From Candidatus Bathyarchaeia archaeon (GTDB lineage: Archaea; Thermoproteota; Bathyarchaeia; 40CM-2-53-6): a DNA stretch of 57,589 nt. The position numbers and the translations under genes were made by a program. Shown piece by piece: positions 17,414 to 27,177 of this stretch. Location of the stretch: the NCBI GenBank assembly GCA_050012535.1, contig JBEKGZ010000001.1:1-57589 (forward strand), in the 5' to 3' direction. Position 1 is the first letter of the stretch, and every line of letters begins with the position of its first letter. Under the pieces are notes generated by a model that had not been told where the DNA came from, did not search any database, and saw nothing but the letters and a program-made list of their open reading frames with translations.

Positions 17414-18418
17414 TCATTGAGGCATTGACTTGCGTTTCTCAAGATATTCTTTGAAAAGCTCAAGAGATCTCGTGATTGTTTCATCTAGGTTTCCTTGAAC
17501 TGTTGCTCCCGCAGCCGTGGAGTGGCCTCCGCCCGCCCCGTTCATCTTTTCACCTAGAATTGTGGCTAGGTCGCGGCCTAAGTGGAAATTTGTACCAGCA
17601 AAGAACTCCCCAGTGGAACGGAAACTGAGTGTTAATCTATCTTTTTTTTCTCCGCCAACAATTGCTAAGTGTGCTCCTAGACTGATCAGTGACCTTGCGA
17701 CTGATGCGTGATATGAGCCTACTACAGTTGACGCAACGAGCCATCCGTCGATACTGTCCCAATTCATGCGGCGAGCAGATTTCAGTCGAGCAATCCGCTC
17801 TGAATTGTCCATAGGAACTCGTATCATCTTGAGCGCTTCTGTGCCGTCGACGCCTAGGTCAAGAAGCTTGGAGGCCAGCTTCAGTGAGCGCGTTGTGGCA
17901 ATCGTAAAGTGGCCTGTTTCGTATGCAAGACCAAGAAAGGCGGCGAGGGCGTCCTTTTTTGCCATTCGCAGTTTCGTCGCGTCGTAGAGTTTCAGCACTA
18001 CCTCGCATGCGGAAGTCGCCTTGTCATCCGATATGAGAAGGTCAGCGCGAGCACGTGTCTCTGGATGAATTGCGTGATGATCAATCATGATCAGAGTCTT
18101 GCCAGAGCTCTCAACAGGGTGCTGAAGGCTGCCTAGCTGTTGGAGTGTGTTTGTGTCAACCGTGAATATGGCGTCAAACTCGCTTGGCTCCGCCTTTTCC
18201 ACGACTTCAAAGTGCATATGTTCCAGCACGCGGGCAGACACTTTGCTGACGCCATCTGGAGAAACGACAGTGACCCTGAGTCGTCTATTCAGGTGCTTGA
18301 GGAGTCGCGACAAGAGGAATGCTGAGCACACGGCGTCTGGGTCGGCGTTCTGGTGGCCAATGATCAGGGCTTTTCTTGAGAGCCTAGCCGTCCTTGCTAT
18401 TCGTTCGATGTGTCGCAC
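17414..18418 (-). CDS. DHH/DHHA1 phosphoesterase (NrnA-like)
   Basis: Motifs HQNADPDAVCS, IDHH and GGGHSTAAGA. Confidence 0.7.
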   Translation of the reverse strand: MRHIERIARTARLSRKALIIGHQNADPDAVCSAFLLSRLLKHLNRRLRVTVVSPDGVSKVSARVLEHMHFEVVEKAEPSEFDAIFTVDTNTLQQLGSLQHPVESSGKTLIMIDHHAIHPETRARADLLISDDKATSACEVVLKLYDATKLRMAKKDALAAFLGLAYETGHFTIATTRSLKLASKLLDLGVDGTEALKMIRVPMDNSERIARLKSARRMNWDSIDGWLVASTVVGSYHASVARSLISLGAHLAIVGGEKKDRLTLSFRSTGEFFAGTNFHLGRDLATILGEKMNGAGGGHSTAAGATVQGNLDETITRSLELFKEYLEKRKSMPQ

Positions 18419-18699
18419 AGTTTCAGCTCCCGAACCTTTGCCTCTGCGGCGGCGAATGCTGCGTTTGTAGCCTCGTCGATGATAGTGTCGAGTTCTGGGT
18501 TCTCGAGCTCGCTCTGTACGGCAATCTGAACAGTGACCGATAGCGGCTTGTCGCCGACGCCCTCGACTGAGAGATCCAAATCATCGAGTTTCTTGAGGGA
18601 TATCTTCGATAGTATGAGTTCCCGAGCAGCCTCCTCCGCTGCGGTGCAGATCAGTTCTACCTCTTCGTCAGTGGGGACCCGGCGAAGTTCAATCTCCAC
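18397..18699 (-). CDS. Small acidic conserved hypothetical protein
   Basis: 100-aa ORF downstream of prefoldin beta in the same orientation. Overlaps the DHH gene start by 22 nt. Family not recognised with certainty. Confidence 0.45.
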   Translation of the reverse strand: MEIELRRVPTDEEVELICTAAEEAARELILSKISLKKLDDLDLSVEGVGDKPLSVTVQIAVQSELENPELDTIIDEATNAAFAAAEAKVRELKLCDTSNE

Positions 18700-18742
18700 T
18701 CTTGATCCGCTCGAAAATAGGTACCAACGTTTACTCGTGAGG

Positions 18743-19120
18743 TTATTCTGGTGTTCTGGGGGTTCGCAACTTCTCTTGTAATTTCTGCTGAATGTCTTTG
18801 ATCCTCTCGCGTGTCCGTTCTTCCTGCCTTCCGAGTACGGTGACCCGGGTGTTGAGGAGTTCCTTTCTCTCGTTCAGTTCTGACAGGAGTGTCTGCCTGT
18901 CTGCTTTGACTAGGATGCTCCCGACACTCTTGTATACAGGGGTCTCGCCCACGATTTTCTCGAGCTCAGACACGGCTCTATCTGCTTCCGTCATATCCAT
19001 CTCCAGTTGCTGCTTCTGGGACACGACAGCCTGAAGCGTCTGTTGCAACTGCTGTAGCCTAACTAGTTCTTCCTGAACTTGAGGCGGAAGCTCTGTTCCT
19101 TCACTCATCGATTCCACCAT
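18743..19120 (-). CDS. pfdB: Prefoldin beta subunit
   Basis: 125-aa coiled-coil protein with the LQQLQQTLQAVVSQKQQLE pattern and the beta-hairpin core VYKSVGSILVK. Confidence 0.8.
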   Translation of the reverse strand: MVESMSEGTELPPQVQEELVRLQQLQQTLQAVVSQKQQLEMDMTEADRAVSELEKIVGETPVYKSVGSILVKADRQTLLSELNERKELLNTRVTVLGRQEERTRERIKDIQQKLQEKLRTPRTPE

Positions 19121-19469
19121 TTGAAGCGCCGAGAGGTTTTGCCCGTAGCTCTGCAGGGCACATAGATAAGGGTTTCAAAGCCTTTCTATCGCTCAGAGAC
19201 TTCTAGAAAGACCATTAGATAAGATGCTGGAGTGGTTGCAGAGAGTCAAGTGACTGTCTTTATCTGAACTATCGCGATCAGAAGCTGAACAGATCTCGCA
19301 CTTTCTTGTGGCAGAATCGATCCGTGTCGGAAAACGCGGTGATAGTTCTGGAGAGTCAGTCATTATCAGGTACAACACTACCGATCAGTCGTGGGTGGAT
19401 TTGGCCCTGAGGAGTCGACTTAAATCCCATGCTCGCAAACACACGGTGGAAGTCGCGTGGTGAATATCG

Positions 19470-20585
19470 ATGGTCGAAGTGTTCATTCAGGATCGAGCCA
19501 GCGACGAAGCTACTTCAGCGAATGCCGGGATTCTGCGTATAGGCAAGGTCTCAGCGGCACTGCCAAACAAGTTTGCGACGACCGCTGAGCTGAACGCGAC
19601 GCGAATGGTCGGATCGAAGGATTCTCTTCCAGGAGAGGTGGTTGTCTCTGCCAAACTCATGTATCCAGACTCGCTCAAGAAGGTCCTCAAGGAGGATGCG
19701 TCTCTTCGAGATTTTGCGCGCAGACTGTCGCGGGAGGCAGGGGGATTCGAGGATGTCGCTAGACTGGTGTTTCTGATCTTCAAAGGTGAAGCGTCCTACG
19801 CCGAGGCGGAGGATCTGAGGACCTTGCTTGATCTGCAATACTTCGCGGACATGGATGTCGTGACGGTCCAGCAGGCGTCTGGGATGAGCCCTGAAGACTT
19901 CGCTTCACTACTGAAGTTCGCGGAGAGATGGATGGATCAGAAAGGCGTCGACAAGCCAATAATGCCAGTGATACAGGCATCGGAAACCCAGCGAGAGTTC
20001 GAGCTTTTCTCCGCACCAGCTGTGAAAGACAAGTCTCATCTCCTAGGGGTTGACATGAGGGGGGGCTTCCACTACTACACGCTCAGAGCTGTTGAGAAGA
20101 TCAAGAAGAAGAATCCGGGCATGTGGATTCATGCTTTTCAGGTTCCTCCGAAGATCAGGTTTGCGCGACATATGTTGCCGAGCTCTCAGGGCATGCTCAT
20201 GCCGTACTTTGGGGTGGACAGTTATTCAAGGTGGGTCGTGCCTCCACCGCCAGTTCCTCTCATAAAGGACAAAATCAATGTCTTCGACAAGTCAGGTTGG
20301 GGAGTCTTCAAGCGAAAGGAATGGATGGGACTACACGGCAAGAAGCTCACTTGCAAGTGCCCTATGTGCAAGGGTCAGAACCTCGACGGCTTCTACGTGG
20401 GAAAAGTTCTGACGGTACTGAGTCGTAGCAAAGTTCATGACCACTACGCGCAGCAGGACGAGCTGAAGAAGACCTCCGAAAGCATACGCAAGCACGAGTA
20501 CGGTCGACTGATAAAGACCAAGAAGTATGCCAATATGTTTGTAGGCGAGCTCAAGAAATCGCTTGAGGCCGAAACGAAACCTTAG
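19470..20585 (+). CDS. Orphan TGT-superfamily (tRNA/DNA-guanine transglycosylase-like, DpdA-like) protein
   Basis: FGVDSYS, then 44 aa, then CKCPMC, then 22 aa, then H. This reproduces the TGT catalytic-Asp strand plus the CxCxxCx22H zinc site. The N-terminal part is too divergent to assign. Confidence 0.5.
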   Translation: MVEVFIQDRASDEATSANAGILRIGKVSAALPNKFATTAELNATRMVGSKDSLPGEVVVSAKLMYPDSLKKVLKEDASLRDFARRLSREAGGFEDVARLVFLIFKGEASYAEAEDLRTLLDLQYFADMDVVTVQQASGMSPEDFASLLKFAERWMDQKGVDKPIMPVIQASETQREFELFSAPAVKDKSHLLGVDMRGGFHYYTLRAVEKIKKKNPGMWIHAFQVPPKIRFARHMLPSSQGMLMPYFGVDSYSRWVVPPPPVPLIKDKINVFDKSGWGVFKRKEWMGLHGKKLTCKCPMCKGQNLDGFYVGKVLTVLSRSKVHDHYAQQDELKKTSESIRKHEYGRLIKTKKYANMFVGELKKSLEAETKP

Positions 20586-21163
20586 CTCCCAGTCTCTGCG
20601 AGGAGGGTCATTAGGTCCCTAAGGTTCACTTCAGACTTTGTACGCCACCCGAGCGACAAGGATCCTGTCTCATCTTCTTTCAGGTACCCGTTTCGAACGA
20701 AAGCATCCATGAGCGTGAGCGTCTTCCATCTGCCGATCTTGTCGGCAATGAGTTTCTCCACCTCCTCACGTGGAGCTTTACCCTGTTTGGTCACTACATA
20801 CGCTATTGCGACCGTCAGGGCTGCCAGATTGTCGATTCGCCACCCGGATAGCCGTGCCTCCTTGGGTGTAAGCGTTCCTCGTAGCGTGACCAAGTATCGC
20901 GCGTCCTCGGTGTTGTCACCGAGCTGGCCTTCCCCGAGTTGTCTTGCTTGCGATTGGTCAGGTTCTACTCGTTTGACTTCAAGGTCAAGTTCGGATAGAA
21001 GCGCATCAACTTGTTTGAGGACTTCCTTGTAGTTTTTCCCGAGGCTGGCCTTCAGTTCCCACTCCTTCGCGCCTGGCATCTTACCTCGTTTGAAAAGCAG
21101 AAGGTGAATCGCATGCTTCAGCTTCTCACTGTAGAAGCGCTTCTCATCGGCAGCTTCTTGCAT
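20582..21163 (-). CDS. ScpB-like tandem winged-helix (kite) protein
   Basis: Two WH repeats match the ScpB pattern: IHLLLFKRG...ARYLVTLRG and NLAALTVAIAYVVTKQGKAPREEVEKLI. Last gene of the operon. Confidence 0.6.
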   Translation of the reverse strand: MQEAADEKRFYSEKLKHAIHLLLFKRGKMPGAKEWELKASLGKNYKEVLKQVDALLSELDLEVKRVEPDQSQARQLGEGQLGDNTEDARYLVTLRGTLTPKEARLSGWRIDNLAALTVAIAYVVTKQGKAPREEVEKLIADKIGRWKTLTLMDAFVRNGYLKEDETGSLSLGWRTKSEVNLRDLMTLLAETGS

Positions 21164-21181
21164 GAATCGCCATCTCCACTT

Positions 21182-22006
21182 TCAGAACGGGTTCGCCGTA
21201 ATAGTTGAGTGGTCGTCTTTGGTTATCGCAATCGGGAAGCTAACTAGCCCGGCAGCAGTCTTCTCGGTCGGTGTCGCCAGTGACATTAGTTTCAATTCGC
21301 TGGCGTCCCGCAGCATCTTCGCGTATCCGTAGGTGAGCAGGAAGCTTACGTAGTATGCTCGCTGAACGGTTTCTTGGTATGAACCCCGTCGAACGAACGA
21401 CCAATACTCGATGGAGCGCTCATCGCCGGTCTTTTCACGGAGTTCCTCCCATAGTCCGCGGAGGTTCCTCGCGAACTCTTCACGGGTCATGATGCCCGAC
21501 TTGACAAGCGAGTCCAAGTCAGTTGCCATGGGCTGGGCTGGCCTTCGTAGCGCTAGCCTCTTTCTTCTTTCCTCATACGAGAGTAGCTCATCCCAGTAAG
21601 CGAGCCCTTCTCGGACTGCATCCACTGTCAATTGCTCCCTCTCTACTATCGGATGCCAAGACTTGACGAAGATCTCACCGAGTCGCTTGATGGATAGCGA
21701 GCGGAACTTCCTCTCCAACATCTCAGGATTCGTGTAGAGTGCGCTCGACTGATATCGGAGCTGACTCTTCTGGAGGCCCAAGACTTCCGCTAGGTCCCGG
21801 ATAATCTCGGCGTCAAGACAGTGGTCATCAAGCAAGTCCCAATGGGGGAAATACTTGCGTAGCGTTTCGACTGCTAGACCTACATCCAAGAAGAAGGGGT
21901 TGAACTTGTGTTCTCTGATGGATCCGCATGTTTGGATGAGTTCGCGAAGCTCCTTTCTTCCAGACGTCAATCTGACGCGTTCTGGCTTCTTGTCGGGAGT
22001 CGTCAA
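21182..22006 (-). CDS. Kleisin-like (ScpA/Nse4-like) protein
   Basis: 274 aa. The start abuts the SMC-like stop with no gap. The N-terminal helix region is KFNPFFLDVGLAVETL and the C-terminal WH-like segment is ETVQRAYYVSFLLTYGYAKM. Assignment rests on position and pattern only. Confidence 0.45.
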   Translation of the reverse strand: MTTPDKKPERVRLTSGRKELRELIQTCGSIREHKFNPFFLDVGLAVETLRKYFPHWDLLDDHCLDAEIIRDLAEVLGLQKSQLRYQSSALYTNPEMLERKFRSLSIKRLGEIFVKSWHPIVEREQLTVDAVREGLAYWDELLSYEERRKRLALRRPAQPMATDLDSLVKSGIMTREEFARNLRGLWEELREKTGDERSIEYWSFVRRGSYQETVQRAYYVSFLLTYGYAKMLRDASELKLMSLATPTEKTAAGLVSFPIAITKDDHSTITANPF

Positions 22007-23983
22007 CTACTTCACCTGTGATATGACAGAGCTTCCCTCTATGTTCTGAACTACGACAACATGCACGTCGGTATCCGGCACTGTGACTTGTCCTGGCGTA
22101 ATTGCTATGTATTGCGTTTCTCCGAGTTCTCTCGCGCTCGCAACGATGAGTTTGGAGATGACTTCTCTATTCTTGGGGTCCAAGTGCACGTCGAACTCAT
22201 CGATCGCCCTGAACGGGGAGGCGATGTGTTGCTGCAACGCAAGCAGGAAGGCCATTAGCGCGATGCTTCTTTCGCCTCCGCTCTGGGTGAGTGAGTCAAG
22301 GCGCGTAGGCGGTGCGCCTTTGAATCCTACTAGGATGTCAAGTCCAGCCTGTTCTACGTTCTTCCCGACATTGAGCTTGAGCTCACCGGTCGCTCCCACT
22401 TCCAGGAGAATTTCGTTGTAGTGAGTCTCAAGGGACTGAAGGAAGGTGGAGACCACGTCTCTCCACCGTTCAAGCCGCTTCTCTACCTCCGCGATGACCT
22501 CATCTCTGTTTCGAGCCAGCTGCTCGGCCTTCCCGCGCAGGTCCTCGTACATGCTGGCATACGAGCTGTACATCTTCTCCACGTCCTCGGAGAGATGAGC
22601 AAGAGGCCGCAGTTGTTCCTCGACTGCACCGATGTCCAGTATGATGTCCGAAAGCTTTCTGGGATTCGCGAATCGTGGCCCCATCTGCTCGGCATTCGTG
22701 CGAAGCGGCGCAATCTCCTCCTCAAGCATTCTTCGCTGGGCTTCCAAGTCCGCCAGCTGCTCACTCAGCAACTTCCTCTTGAAACCAAGAACTTGAGTGT
22801 CAACTCTCGCATCGATGAGGCGCGAAAGTTCACTTTCTGTCCGTGTGTCCATGTCGTGGAGCGCGGTCTCTTTCGCTTGGAGTCTCTCTCGAGTGCGCCC
22901 GAGCTTCTCTTCTGTCTCTTCCCGAATTTGACCGAGAGCATCGAGCCATTCTCTCATCGCAACCGGAATGCCTTCGCCTTGATTAGACACTTCTGCCTGT
23001 GCGTTTGATTGTTCAGGGTTCTCCTTGGTCGCGGGTCGGAAAAGGCGTTTCTGTGACTCATCTCTGAACCTCTGAATCCATTCGACTGAGGAGGTTCCTG
23101 CTGCTTCCTGGCGTACCAGCTCAATGTATGCCTCGTGGACTTCGAATCGTTCTTTCAGATGCCTGTCATATCTCTCTTGACGGTGCTTGAGAGACTCATC
23201 CGCCTCAAGCAGCTTCTGATCAGCGCTCTCGATCATTCTCGCGCGCGATTCCGCCCTCTCTTGAATGCGGAGCAGTGCTTCCTCTCGTTTCAGGATCCTT
23301 GCCCAGGCCATCTCTCTCTTCAGTTCAGCAAGCTTACTGTCCAGTGCCTTCTTTTGGAGAAATCGTTCGTGTTCTCTCCGCCAGTATTCGTGGGTCTCCT
23401 TTGTGGACTCTAGGACTTGAGCGAGAGATTCCTCCTCTCCAGCTGCTTTTGTCAGCCGCTCATGCGCCTCTAGCACGTTGGATCGGTATGATTGAAATCC
23501 AACTGCCTCCTCTAACATCTTCAGCTTGTCGTTCGCGGAGATCGAAGCGAATCTGCCAACCATCAACTGGTGCATGATAACGAGGATGTTGTCGGGGTTC
23601 AGGCCGTATCTCACAAGCGCGCTCGTCACTTCGTTCTTCGTCACAGGATGGTCTTGAACGAGGTACTGGTAACTGCCGTTTCGCTTCAGAATACGGGTCA
23701 CGGTTACCGTGTCGACGTGGTACTGCGGGAACGGTTTGCCGTGCTCTCTAGGACGATTGTCAAGCTGAAGTGTGATGCGTGCCTCGTCAGCTCGCCATCT
23801 TATCAAGTCGCTTAGACGGCGAGCTCGTTCTGTGTATGTCTGACCCAGGACGACGGATATCGCGAGAAGGATGGATGACTTTCCAGCTCCATTGGGTCCA
23901 CAGATCAGATTTAGCCCTGACTCTAGGGGGACGTACGCGTTTTCGTACGACATGAAATTCGTCAGAGCTATGCCTTTGATCAT
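22007..23983 (-). CDS. Short-armed, hinge-less SMC-like ABC ATPase (Smc5/6-like head)
   Basis: Walker A GPNGAGKSS, signature SGGERS and Walker B FRAIDEFDVHLDPKNRE. The long heptad-rich middle has no hinge glycine motif and no CxxC hook. The likely start is ATG 23983 (MIKGIALTNF); the longest ORF starts at 24067. Confidence 0.75.
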   Translation of the reverse strand: MIKGIALTNFMSYENAYVPLESGLNLICGPNGAGKSSILLAISVVLGQTYTERARRLSDLIRWRADEARITLQLDNRPREHGKPFPQYHVDTVTVTRILKRNGSYQYLVQDHPVTKNEVTSALVRYGLNPDNILVIMHQLMVGRFASISANDKLKMLEEAVGFQSYRSNVLEAHERLTKAAGEEESLAQVLESTKETHEYWRREHERFLQKKALDSKLAELKREMAWARILKREEALLRIQERAESRARMIESADQKLLEADESLKHRQERYDRHLKERFEVHEAYIELVRQEAAGTSSVEWIQRFRDESQKRLFRPATKENPEQSNAQAEVSNQGEGIPVAMREWLDALGQIREETEEKLGRTRERLQAKETALHDMDTRTESELSRLIDARVDTQVLGFKRKLLSEQLADLEAQRRMLEEEIAPLRTNAEQMGPRFANPRKLSDIILDIGAVEEQLRPLAHLSEDVEKMYSSYASMYEDLRGKAEQLARNRDEVIAEVEKRLERWRDVVSTFLQSLETHYNEILLEVGATGELKLNVGKNVEQAGLDILVGFKGAPPTRLDSLTQSGGERSIALMAFLLALQQHIASPFRAIDEFDVHLDPKNREVISKLIVASARELGETQYIAITPGQVTVPDTDVHVVVVQNIEGSSVISQVK

Positions 23984-24085
23984 CCATCGGATCTTCCGGG
24001 TCGGGTAGCGAACCTTCCAGCTCGGTAAAAAGTTTCGGGGTCCCAATACCCCATGTGCCATGCTCAAGGGAGGGGTGATTAGAGC

Positions 24086-26941
24086 TTAGTCCCAGAAAGG
24101 GCGGGTCTGAATGTATCTCAGTTTGGCCTCAAGGAGATCTGCATAGAAATCCTCGTCTCGCACATGCATTTTGGCGAGGATACCAGCGGCGGTTTGAGGA
24201 CCGACGCCCCAGGTGAGCAATGCTATGGCTGCCTGTCTACCGTATGAAAGGACTAGGTCTGCCGCTCGCCTAGCCCTACTTAGAACTGCCTGCTCTTCTT
24301 CCGTCAGCTCTTCTCTTGATTTCCGTTTCTGAAGGATCTGAGGAACATCTGATCTGACTTTGCTCCTTAAGGCAAGCAGGCCTGATCCACAAGACTGGCA
24401 CTTTGGGAACTCAGGAAGACTCTCAACGCGCTCTTCCTCTAGGGTAGAACCGCATTGTAAGCACAGGAACCCCACCTTTTGTGCAAGAAGAGAAGCCCTC
24501 ATGCGCGAGAGGTTGTCCTTCTTTGTGCTTTCAGGTGCAACCATCTCCGCGACTTCGACGAGCTTATTCAACATGTAGAACCCCTGTGGGGTGGGAGAGT
24601 CGTCAGATAGCAAGGGGATGACCGCTATTGCGCCGTTGGCAATCGAGCTCATCACCTTCTTTGCCGTGATTAGGTCAACTTTGGTCAGTTTCGCCTCCCG
24701 CATTGTTTCCTCATGAATTGGCGTTGACTCGAAGCGAGCAGACAACTCGAGGAGCGTGCGGTCGCTCAGGAATATGCCACGAGGAATGGCACCGAATCTC
24801 TGAGCGATGAACTTCATGTTGTATGCAAAAGGAAAGCGTCTTTGAGCGTATTCGGAGAACTTCCTCTCTATCATCTGCTCCGACATTGAGAAGAGTTCCT
24901 TTGAGATCCTGTTGAGATTCTCACGAGAAACCGTTTCGGGCAGTCCGATCAAGATACGGTAGCCGTCGGCCCAGACGTTGTTCACTCCGTTACGTTCCGT
25001 CAGAAACTCATCAAACGCGTAAGCGAGAGCTCGGTTGACTGCATCCCCGAATGAGCTGTGTATTATCAGGTACCGATCAAACGCTTCAACCAGAACCGCA
25101 TGGTCAGTCGGAACCGGGCAGCCTCTCTTGGCGTAGTCCTCGATCTCCTCAGTAATCCTTGTAGCGGCGAGTCTCTCAATTGGATAGCTGCACAGGTTTG
25201 CGATTGTGCGTTCCTTTCCCATCACCCTCAGGCTTACCTCGACTTCGCCTCTTATTCTACCAACTTCCTGCGCAACCTCGAATGGAACCGGCAAGATCTC
25301 GCCGTCCCAACCTGGTATTGCGGCGGTTGGGTCTTCGATGGGAACAACGTAGATATTACCGTCCTCTCCGACTCTCGTGATCTCCCAGACGCGCCCGCGA
25401 CAAATGAAGTGAACACCCTTTCGAGCGTGCAATACGACGAATTCCTCACCGAGGATTCCTATTCTCCGTTGAGTCGTGATATCAAGTATCGAGTACCTGC
25501 GCTCATCAGGTATCATGGAGAGATTCTGATAGTAGTAATGTCTCGTCCTAGGAGTTCGCTTTAACATCTTAGCTGTTTTTCGGAGCATACCTCGCGCTTC
25601 CATGAATGTTACGACTGATCGAAATTCCTCAGTTGTGACGGTTGCGAAGGCGCTGGATCGTCTGACAACCGAGAGTATGTCTCTCAAAGTCGCACGTTCG
25701 CTATCCATCAGAATGCCGGCAACTTGGTGAGCCAGGACATCTAGAGCATTCGAGTGGATCCGCGTTGGCTCCAGCTGTTGCTCCCTCGCCCTTCTTGTGA
25801 TGGCGATCGACTCGAGCACGTCTTCAGGATAGGCGCATATCAGGACCCCTTCAGAAATGCGGCCGAGACGATGACCCGACCTGCCGACGCGCTGGATTAG
25901 GGCTGAGACCTGCCTAGGCGACATGTACTGAACAGTAAGGTCTACGCTACCAATATCGATCCCAAGCTGCAAAGTTGATGTGCAAATGATCCCTCTTAGG
26001 ATGCCTGCCTTGAATTCGCCTTCGATACGCGAACGCTCTTCCCGCGAGAGGGATCCGTGGTGCACTGCAATGCGCTTGTCTAGTTTTCCCAATCTTAGGC
26101 CGAGCATCTCCGCATGCTGCCGGCTATTGACAAAGATCAGTGTGGAAGTATGAGTGTCGACAAGTTCTTTGATCCTCGAAATTCGAGCAGCAGCATCTGG
26201 ACTCGTGTAGAGTGACTGAGCAAGATCATGATCCTCAGGAGTCGGATAAGGATACTCAACATGATACTTGGCTTCTTTCTCCAAGTTGACCCTTACTATC
26301 TCACACTGCTCACCTGACCCAACGAGAAAGTCCGCCACCTTCTCGGGATCGCCGACCGTGGCCGAGAGACCAATTCTCTGAAAACGCCTTCGCGTGATCA
26401 ATCTCAACCGTTCTAAGGCAACGGTGAGTTGCGCTCCCCGCTTGTCCTGGGCAAGTTCATGAATCTCATCGACGATCACTGCTCGGAGAGATCTCAGGTG
26501 TCTTCGCATTGCCTTGCTGGGCAATATCGCTTGAAGCGTCTCAGGAGTTGTTATAAGAATCTCCGGAGGATCCCTGGATTGCTTTCGCCTCTGAGATGCG
26601 GGAGTATCTCCGTGGCGAATCTCACATCGAACCCCGATCTTCGCCGTGAGTTGAGTTGCCCTACCGAAGAGGTCTCTGTTTAGAGCACGAAGAGGCGTCA
26701 CGTATAGAATCGCAATTCCCTTGCGTCTCTCCTCTGTAACGAGTCGGCTCAAGAGGGGAAGAAGCGCCGCCTCTGTCTTTCCGCTTGCTGTCGGCGACAC
26801 CAGCAGCACATTCTCGCCACGGAGAATGTGGGGTATCGCCATAGCTTGAGGTTGAGTGGGCGATTGAATCCCAAGATCCAGCAGCGCTGCACGAACTGGA
26901 TTCGCTAGAGCATCGAAGACCGACGCGTGTGTTTTCGACAA
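24086..26941 (-). CDS. lhr: Lhr-type superfamily 2 DNA helicase
   Basis: Motifs SPTASGKT, VIVDEIHEL, LSATVG, HHGSLSREER and QRVGRSGH, plus a C-terminal Cys4 ribbon (CLQCG..CQSCG). 951 aa. Confidence 0.8.
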   Translation of the reverse strand: MSKTHASVFDALANPVRAALLDLGIQSPTQPQAMAIPHILRGENVLLVSPTASGKTEAALLPLLSRLVTEERRKGIAILYVTPLRALNRDLFGRATQLTAKIGVRCEIRHGDTPASQRRKQSRDPPEILITTPETLQAILPSKAMRRHLRSLRAVIVDEIHELAQDKRGAQLTVALERLRLITRRRFQRIGLSATVGDPEKVADFLVGSGEQCEIVRVNLEKEAKYHVEYPYPTPEDHDLAQSLYTSPDAAARISRIKELVDTHTSTLIFVNSRQHAEMLGLRLGKLDKRIAVHHGSLSREERSRIEGEFKAGILRGIICTSTLQLGIDIGSVDLTVQYMSPRQVSALIQRVGRSGHRLGRISEGVLICAYPEDVLESIAITRRAREQQLEPTRIHSNALDVLAHQVAGILMDSERATLRDILSVVRRSSAFATVTTEEFRSVVTFMEARGMLRKTAKMLKRTPRTRHYYYQNLSMIPDERRYSILDITTQRRIGILGEEFVVLHARKGVHFICRGRVWEITRVGEDGNIYVVPIEDPTAAIPGWDGEILPVPFEVAQEVGRIRGEVEVSLRVMGKERTIANLCSYPIERLAATRITEEIEDYAKRGCPVPTDHAVLVEAFDRYLIIHSSFGDAVNRALAYAFDEFLTERNGVNNVWADGYRILIGLPETVSRENLNRISKELFSMSEQMIERKFSEYAQRRFPFAYNMKFIAQRFGAIPRGIFLSDRTLLELSARFESTPIHEETMREAKLTKVDLITAKKVMSSIANGAIAVIPLLSDDSPTPQGFYMLNKLVEVAEMVAPESTKKDNLSRMRASLLAQKVGFLCLQCGSTLEEERVESLPEFPKCQSCGSGLLALRSKVRSDVPQILQKRKSREELTEEEQAVLSRARRAADLVLSYGRQAAIALLTWGVGPQTAAGILAKMHVRDEDFYADLLEAKLRYIQTRPFWD

Positions 26942-27121
26942 TTGGGTTTCTCAACGCCTTTTCGAGGGACCGATTCTCATACCGGCTTTGCGTGAAGAAT
27001 AATCATGAGGGTTCGCTATTGGCCTTAGCCTTTGAGTGGGTACGACTGCGTTCTCCCCTTCGGGGCCGTACAAAGTCGCAGGTCAATTCTGAGCGTTGTT
27101 GATTTTGAGCGAGACGAGACG

Positions 27122-27130
27122 TTTATATAA
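27122..27130 (+). promoter_or_regulatory. Candidate TATA box for gar1-tfb
   Basis: tttatataa lies about 50 nt upstream of the Gar1 TTG start. It is followed by a 7-bp hairpin (27131..27155). Confidence 0.35.
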
Positions 27131-27177
27131 GGTGCGGCTGCGTTGGACCCGCACCTTCCCGGAGTGACGACGAAGAT

